From the human T2T-CHM13v2.0 reference genome, Homo sapiens, in assembly GCF_009914755.1 (NCBI RefSeq), contig NC_060926.1: a stretch of DNA of 64,000 nt; one strand, written 5' to 3'. A program made the translations under genes and the position numbers. Below, piece after piece: positions 56,421 through 64,000 of the stretch (the stretch's first letter is position 1; every line of letters starts with the position of its first letter). The notes under the pieces were generated by a model that did not search any database, had not been told where the DNA came from, and saw only the letters and a list, made by a program, of their open reading frames with translations.

Positions 56421-58177
56421 CTTTCAGCAACTCAGGAGAGTGCCTTGTAGTTGGGTGTAGTTGTCAGTAACTGCTTAATATTACATGTGTTAATGGGTGC
56501 AAAAGGAGGTGAAGTTAAAATATTAAGTTAACCCTTCTTTGGCCTTGTGAAAGCATTTGTAACTATGCATTGACCGGGAATGCTAGTTAGATTCACACAT
56601 CATCACTGTGGGTTCACACCATTAAACATTATTGTCCGGACCTCACAAAGGAAAAGAATGGACCTCGCTGTGAAGCCAGATTTGGATTTCGAAGTTAAAC
56701 TGAAGTTATCTTTGAGAACAATTAAAAAGGATACGTCAAAATTAAAACCATTGTTAAAATTAATCAAAGATTTAGAAAGGTAGAATGAACTTCAGGGCTG
56801 GAAATTACTGATTTAAACAATTGTTCTCACATTTTAAACTACATGAGCTAAAAATTATGAAGTCTCAGAGTATAGCTTTAAAGAGTAGCATAAAACCAAA
56901 GTCAGAATGAAATGTTTTAGCTTTCAAAACTAAAAAGCAGAACAATTACTCCCTACAAAATGGTATAGGAAGAGGTTTCTGACCCCTGCTAATTGTTTTA
57001 TTATTCTTCAGAGGGGCATACTGGCAGCATTTCCCAGGGTTTTCGGTAATTACACTCCATTCAATATCTGAAGAATTACAATAATTCTACATGGAATATA
57101 CTTGTGCCCTTCAGATGCAAAGCCTTTAGAGAAGTGAAAAAACAACTTAAAAGTAAATTAGCAGGGAAGTTATCATAGTTACTATTTATTTCACGGCTCC
57201 ATATATCAAGGGCTAATTATACATTGTACGTTACATTTTCTGGGAGGGATTTGTGATATGTTTCTCATGCTGATCAACAGATGGATGTGTCAGTTTTCAC
57301 GATCTTTGATGAAGTGAAGTTCTAACTTTTCCAATTGCCTCTTTGTGTGCGAAATTATCCAATGCAGGTACATGTCACTTCAGGCTTGCTAGAGTCCTCA
57401 AAGCAGTAGTATTCAGTGAGGTATTATGATGCTTGCAGATAATATATTTGTAAGGCCTTGACTCATCTATGATTTTTTTTTACACTATGTAAGCTTTCTC
57501 AAAGTCATTTTCTTATACTTTGGCAAGCCAAGGGTCCGTGAGAGAAGAAAGGGTTGACTAGAATTACATAGCTGCTCAGAGATCGGGGAGTCTCTTTCCC
57601 TGGGTGGAGCCTTATCAATTTTCTGCTAGTGTTGTAATTAATCTATTATCTCCACAGGACCCCCTTTAGAGCCTGAGCAGTAAAGTGTCCTGAAACATAC
57701 ATAGTGACCAGGAGTGCCAGCTATTGTTCAAATACCGTGACATTCTGGCTAAGAAATGGAGCGTAGGTCTCATCAGTGTTTTTCCCCAGGGGATAGGAGT
57801 CTCTGTTTCTGTCCATTTTCTTTTCTCTTTTCTTTTGTTTTTAATTGAGCTCAGCACAAAAGATTCCCTTTTAAGTCTTTATTGCAACCAAAACTTTACA
57901 AAGAAGTTAAGATGATCACTTAGTGACCAAATTTTAAAAGGTCAAATCAATTATAATCTGTCCATTTGGTTGAATACATGCTTTTTAAAAAATGTTTTAA
58001 AATGCAAATGGCATGGAAAATAGTCACAATGCAATGTGAAAAATTTCAAATCAAAATAAAATATGTATGTACTATATGAATTCAAATCTTTTAAAAACAT
58101 GTTTTTATATATTTTTAAATATAAGAAGGCTATATGCCGAAATATTAACAAGATTACTCTGTGAAGTAATATTCTAA

Positions 58178-58520
<343 letters not shown>

Positions 58521-59144
58521 TGTTTTCTGAATTTCTAAGATGTGTATATGTTAGTGTTATAATCAGAAAGGAGGAAGAAGGGAGGGAAGGAGGGAATCAA
58601 ATCATCAGGATTAACATTAAAATGCAAACTTTTGCTGGAAGATTAGAGAGGTCAGTAATACAGAGTGTGTAGCAAAAATGTGAAGGTAGAATATTTTGAC
58701 TTGCTGTTCAGCCAATAAAATCTCATACCTCATTAGTGAGTCTTATTTACTGTGAGGAACTTGATAAGCTAACCCTTCTCCACATCTAGGATAGTTACAG
58801 ATTCTCTTACAAATTCATGGCAACCTCAAGAAAGGATGGTGAAAAAGCACTAATGTACTGTCTCAGGCATGATAGATGTTTTTTACATCATGGGGAATAT
58901 GCCAACAATTATGAGAGTTATGCCATTAATATTCCTTACCTGAAAATGCCTTGTATGTATGTGGGTACCCCTTTGAAATAATTAAACAAGTTATACATCA
59001 GCTAGTTGCCTTCAGATAGTCAACATCTCAGAACATGTCACTTCTCATGGTACCAAGTATTGCAGAAATGGTTTGTTTTCCTTTTTGGATTGTACTCTAC
59101 GCTTACTTGAATTTCTATCTTTCTTTTTTCTATATTCCTTTTAG

Positions 59145-59199
59145 CGCATGATTGCAAATACGGCCAGAACAGTGAGATACTACAGGAGCCAACCCTTCA
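59145..59199 (+). CDS. RAPGEF4: RAPGEF4 penultimate exon (~30)
   Basis: cttttag|CGC ATG ... TTC A|gtaagt. RMIANTARTVRYYRSQPF(N). 55 nt. Confidence 0.96.
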
Positions 59200-62185
59200 G
59201 TAAGTTAAGTGCTGCCACCTCTTACAATGTAGATGTTGGTGATTAAGGTCTTCTTAATGAGGCCATTGAGACACCCTTGGAGCCTGGGAAATATCTGACT
59301 GTGTCAGAGACACTTTGGACCATGAATTCCATGAGATAGGGGCCTTGAGTTTAAAGATTTTTTTTGCTGTTTTAAACTAGAACATATTTACATTGTTGTG
59401 AAACTAGAAAATCACCATAGGAATATTATTTTGTGAATGAATTTAAAGAGATTTAATTTGCTCTATCCAGTGCAGCTGGAGACAACTAAAGTACGACTGC
59501 CAACAAATCCTGCCTCAAACCAACTCTCTTTATGACTCATTGCTCCATGTTGAGAAACTCACATCAGCCCTTGATGACTCAGTTCAGTCAATTATAAACC
59601 AGGAAAGATAATATTTATTGTCTTTCAGGGTGTTGCAAGAATGCATTAATGTTTATAGCACATTCGTAAAAGGTCCAAAAACAGGATTTCATATTATATT
59701 TCTAGTATTCCCACATGAATTTGAGGTGCTCTTTTAAAATCTGAACATCTATCACAAGAACTGGTATAATACTTTAATATAAAAAAATTACTAATAATAA
59801 ATAACAATTTTAGTCTGTTGGGAGTTAAGTTGCATCATAGCACCAGATGGTCATACTAGACCAGTGCTACTGTTTCTTCTGGGCTGGGACTTTGGTGGTG
59901 GGGGTGGAGCTTTGGCTCCCTCAATCTGGTCTGGAAATGAGAAGGTGAACACTAAAGGTTTTTGCTAAGCTCATTGTATGACTCACTTGAAGAAATTTAT
60001 CTCATTAACTCAATATGATACTATGACATAGACATGAATCTGAGGCTACCAGTACCGTCTCCTCCAATAAACCGAGTGCTAAGAGACTATGATGTTCTTG
60101 TTTTATTAGTCAGAGTTGTTTGTTCTTCCTAGAGCAGGACTGGCTCATGGCCAGATTTGCTAACATGGGACACCAGAACTACTAAATGTTCATTTTTTAA
60201 TGAATAGGGAGGAAAAATATAAGAAAAATGACATTGATTTGGGGAGCAACTGATTCAAATGACTGTGCCTTCTCTGACTTCCAAAATGTGAATAGTCTTG
60301 CAATATCATCAACTATTCTTATGTGGATTCAGCCAGAATTAAAGTGTCTCATGTGTTTTCATCTATTAATTTACGTTGTGTTTAAAGATGTGATCATAAA
60401 GCAGTTGTACAAGTGGAAACAAGAATAGATAAGTGACACCAGTTACAACCGGAGTTTATAATCCCAAATCCAGCAGCGGGGATAAAAGGGGACCCTGAAA
60501 TTATATGCCAAATCGTGTGTGCCTGAGGGGGTTTATAGCCTTAAGAAGGTTTTCAGTGAGGCTCAAGAACCATAAAATAATATGCTTTGTTTTATGAGCT
60601 TCTTTGGAAGTAAATCTTGCATTCTTCTATGTCACCTCCTAGAGAAGCCAAGGGGAAAATGTATTTAAAAAGAAAAAACTCCACTGCATTTGTTGAAGTT
60701 ATCAGTAACTGCTGGTAAACAACAGCTGCTCAGCTCTGAAGTCAACAATCTATAGATAAAGCTATAGGAATAGATTCACAAACACTGTGGGAATGTGTAC
60801 AATGTAATTACAGTATATTGTACGTGTAGAGTACACTGCCAGTGAGAAGCAGAGGAAATTAAACACAATGTGCTCTGCAGTTCGCTGTGGTATTATTTCT
60901 ATGTGATAATTATACTGATGAGTTTCTTCTCACAGGGGGCAGGGGCATGTATGTCTTCTCTCTGCTTTTCTGCCTTCAGACCTGCAACACTCCCCTTCAC
61001 CCCTTGTGCAGATGGCATTCTAATTGTCTTTGGGAGTGCTGTGTGGATCTAGCAGGAGCAACCAGACTGCAGAAGGCAGTGTACTGTGGTGGAAACCCCG
61101 GTCAGGAGCCAGGGTCTGGCTCTGCCACTCCGGGTGTCCCCTTAGACCAGAGGCCCTACCCAGTGATGCTTGAAATGGAGGTGGCCCACAGAGGTGTTGG
61201 GTCTAAAGAGAGCATTTTTTTCCCTTTTATTTTGAAATAATGTCACCATTTTAAAATTGGGAGAATTCACGAAGAAGAAATCCAGATTTCCCATTTCTTA
61301 ACAAAAAAAAAAAAAAAAAAAGGAAGATCTGGCAACTCTAGGCACAGATTCCCCGTGGCAGCAACATGCAGAAGCCAGGTCATCACTTCCAGAGGGACCT
61401 GTGTTTCCAGTTCACCACCTTCTGGTCTGGCTTTCCTTATTCATGTATGTTCCCTGCGAGGGCTGAGTGCATTGGCTCATCATTCAGCCCTGATCTTCAT
61501 TAAATTGGTTAACCTCAGTTGCTCACATGCTTGGGATGTGCATCAGAATAGAATGGTAGCTGAGTTTTCAGAGCAGATAGCATTAAAGAATCAAACGTCT
61601 AGCAGAAGTCATAACTTCAGCCTGTGAGTTGGGTTTTTTCTGAATATGGACAGTCTCTAAGAACATACAGTCGGTATAGTAATGCTGTATACTGTGTGCA
61701 AGTAAAGAGGGGAGTCAGGACTCTGTAGTCTCACTGGCTTGCTTCAGTTTGGCCCAGATGTTAAGCGCTTTTGTGAGGGGCTAATAAAAACTGTCTTTTG
61801 ACATTAGTCTTCATCTGGATCAAAGGAGGCAGAGACACAGAGTGTGAGACACAGAGACCTCTGGAAAGGGAAACAATTTTAATCTATACCCAGGGGCTAT
61901 CAGACACATGCTTCCCTTTTAATTTGGTGCCATTTTTTTTTTACAACGTGCAATTCAAAGGAGAATGATCAAAAGAGGTGATTCCAGGGAAGAAAAGAAA
62001 ATTGGAGGGTAGGAAGGAGGAGATGGAACAACCAAGTGGAAACGTTTCAATGATTGTGGTGTGTTGAAAGGTCTTGAGGGAACCCAGGAACCTATGATAA
62101 ATGTAATAAATAATTGGAGAAGTAAGATTGTATCTTATATACATATATTACACAATGCCAATTCTGCCCTTTCCTCTTTCAACAG

Positions 62186-62313
62186 ATCCTGATGCAGCTC
62201 AAGCTAATAAGAACCATCAGGATGTCCGGAGTTATGTACGGCAATTAAATGTGATTGACAACCAGAGAACTTTATCACAGATGTCACACAGATTAGAGCC
62301 TCGTCGACCATAG
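62186..62313 (+). CDS. RAPGEF4: RAPGEF4 last exon (~31), coding part to stop codon
   Basis: caacag|AT CCT ... CGA CCA TAG. (N)[41 protein letters not shown], the Epac2 C-terminus. Confidence 0.97.
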
Positions 62314-63440
62314 ACATTTCAAATGCCCAAAGCAACAGTTTGTCTCCAGTCCACAATCTTTCAAAAATGCCATTTATGCTACTACTGACTGTATTGCCAC
62401 TAGAGAATTCTACAAAACAAGCAAAAACACATCCTGAGACACCTCAGGGCTGCATTCAGCTTACCAGCTACCTAGCAAGAGAAGGAATTATTTGACATGC
62501 CTAAAGCTTACACACTCTAGCTTAGGAATCCCCAGTTTGTGGCTACCCTGTTTCATTTCCACTTGTGCCATCTTCTTTGCTGAAGTGTTGAATAAGGCCC
62601 ACGTGAAGAGTTTGGTAGAAATAGCCTTGTCAAGAGAACTAGCAAGCCCCTGACATTTTTTTCTAAGAGTGTTTATGGGATGAGATGTGCTACAAATGGG
62701 ATAGATTTGGATAAAATTTTAACTCAACATCTTGATTTGGAGCCTGGGGTTTCGGGAAGGTGTTGAGGAATCTATAGAAGTCCAAATTATAGGTTGTATT
62801 CTTCCATCTTCATTGTCTTACCTCTGAAGGAATAGAACCTGACCACATTATTATGAAACATTATGGCTGTTTATGTAATTTAGGGAGGACTGGTCTGTAA
62901 TTTCTGAATGTATATAGAATAATATTTATGTTTACAATGTAACTTTTCAAAATTTACAAATCAGGATTATATACATAAGAATTCCACTAAGAAATGCCAA
63001 GATTCTTAAATTTGCCAGCGTTAAAGTAGAAAATAACATTTCAGAAGAGCACAATATGCATAAAACATTTTTCAAAATTGAAATATTTTCCTGGGCATTA
63101 AAAACCTTTACTATTGGCTACAAATTTATTGTACCTGATGAAAACATATTTTCTGGACTTAAATGTTATTACAAATATCTTAATTTTCAGTAATTGTTTT
63201 GCACTTTCAAAGATTGTAAATAGTTCATTCAATCAATGGTATAGAGTTATTTATTTGCTACATAATAGATACTGTGCCAAATAATTACTTTTTATTTATT
63301 TTATTTAGTACGTAATTTTGAAGTACATTTTTTCCTGTTTTCACAATTAGACTACATTTAATGTGTAGGAATTGTATGTATGTATATCTTCTGTAAATAA
63401 CATCTAGTATCTTCACTAAATATAATTGTCGACAAGAAAT
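62314..63440 (+). other. RAPGEF4: RAPGEF4 3'UTR (3' end approximate)
   Basis: AU-rich sequence after the stop with no recognisable repeat. Variant poly(A) signal ACTAAA 63415-63420 followed by GU-rich TGGTTGTGTT; an L1 starts at ~63510. Confidence 0.65.
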
Positions 63441-63509
63441 GGTTGTGTTCATCTCAATTCCTATAATATGAAAGGGGTAACCATTTGGTATGGTGGGGTG
63501 TTGGATCTT

Positions 63510-63975
63510 TTAATGACACAAAATACACATATTATAAAATTCATTCTTTTAAAGTGCAGAATCCAGTGATTTTTAGTATATTTACAAAGTTGTATAGATA
63601 ACCATCATCACTATCTAACTTCAGAACATTCTCCTCATCCCTAAAAGAAACTCTGAACTCATTAGCAGTCACTTCTTCTTCTCCTCTCCCTCCAACCTCT
63701 GGCAACCACGAATCTGCTTTCTTTGTCTTCAGATTTACTCTGGATGTTTCATATGAGTGGAATCATACAGTATGAGGCCTTTTGCGTCTGGTTTCTTTCA
63801 CTTAGCATAATGTTTTCAAGGTTGACCATATTATAGCTTGTACCAGTACTTCATTTATTTTTATGGCCATGTAATATTCCATTCTATAAATAGACTACAT
63901 TTTGTTTATCCATTTATCAGTTGACAGACATTTGTCTGTTGTGTTCACTTTTCGGCAATTAGGAGCATTGCTGCT
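63510..63975 (-). mobile_element. L1MB-like 3' end downstream of the gene
   Basis: tttttagtatatttacaaagttgt...cagaacatt...ggcaaccac...ggaatcatacagtatg...tttcacttagcataatgttttcaaggtt...tttatccatttatcagttga. Confidence 0.85.
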
Positions 63976-64000
63976 CTGAAGGGGCACTGGATTTTAGAGC

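Overview
Mammalian (almost certainly human) genomic DNA holding the 3' half of RAPGEF4 (Epac2, cAMP-regulated Rap GEF) on the + strand. Seventeen coding exons (1364 to TAG ending 62313) were rebuilt by hand into one continuous frame of 553 codons plus stop: end of the cAMP-binding region with the VLVLE motif, REM, RA and CDC25-homology domains, then a ~1.1 kb 3'UTR. Introns carry Alu, L1, L2, CR1/L3, MaLR/ERV LTRs and DNA transposons. Main point of interest: a 13.1 kb minor-spliceosome AT-AC intron (11879-25011) with in-frame GT-AG sites beside both ends, a candidate U12/U2 twintron. Others: an Alu insertion of only ~19 nt with a perfect 16-bp TSD, an AluYa5-like element, an LTR fragment copied into a nearby CR1, a candidate 8-nt poison microexon, and CRE, CTCF and Z-DNA sites. 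Repeat subfamily names are from memory of consensus sequences and old-repeat boundaries are approximate. Exon numbers assume the 31-exon reference transcript.
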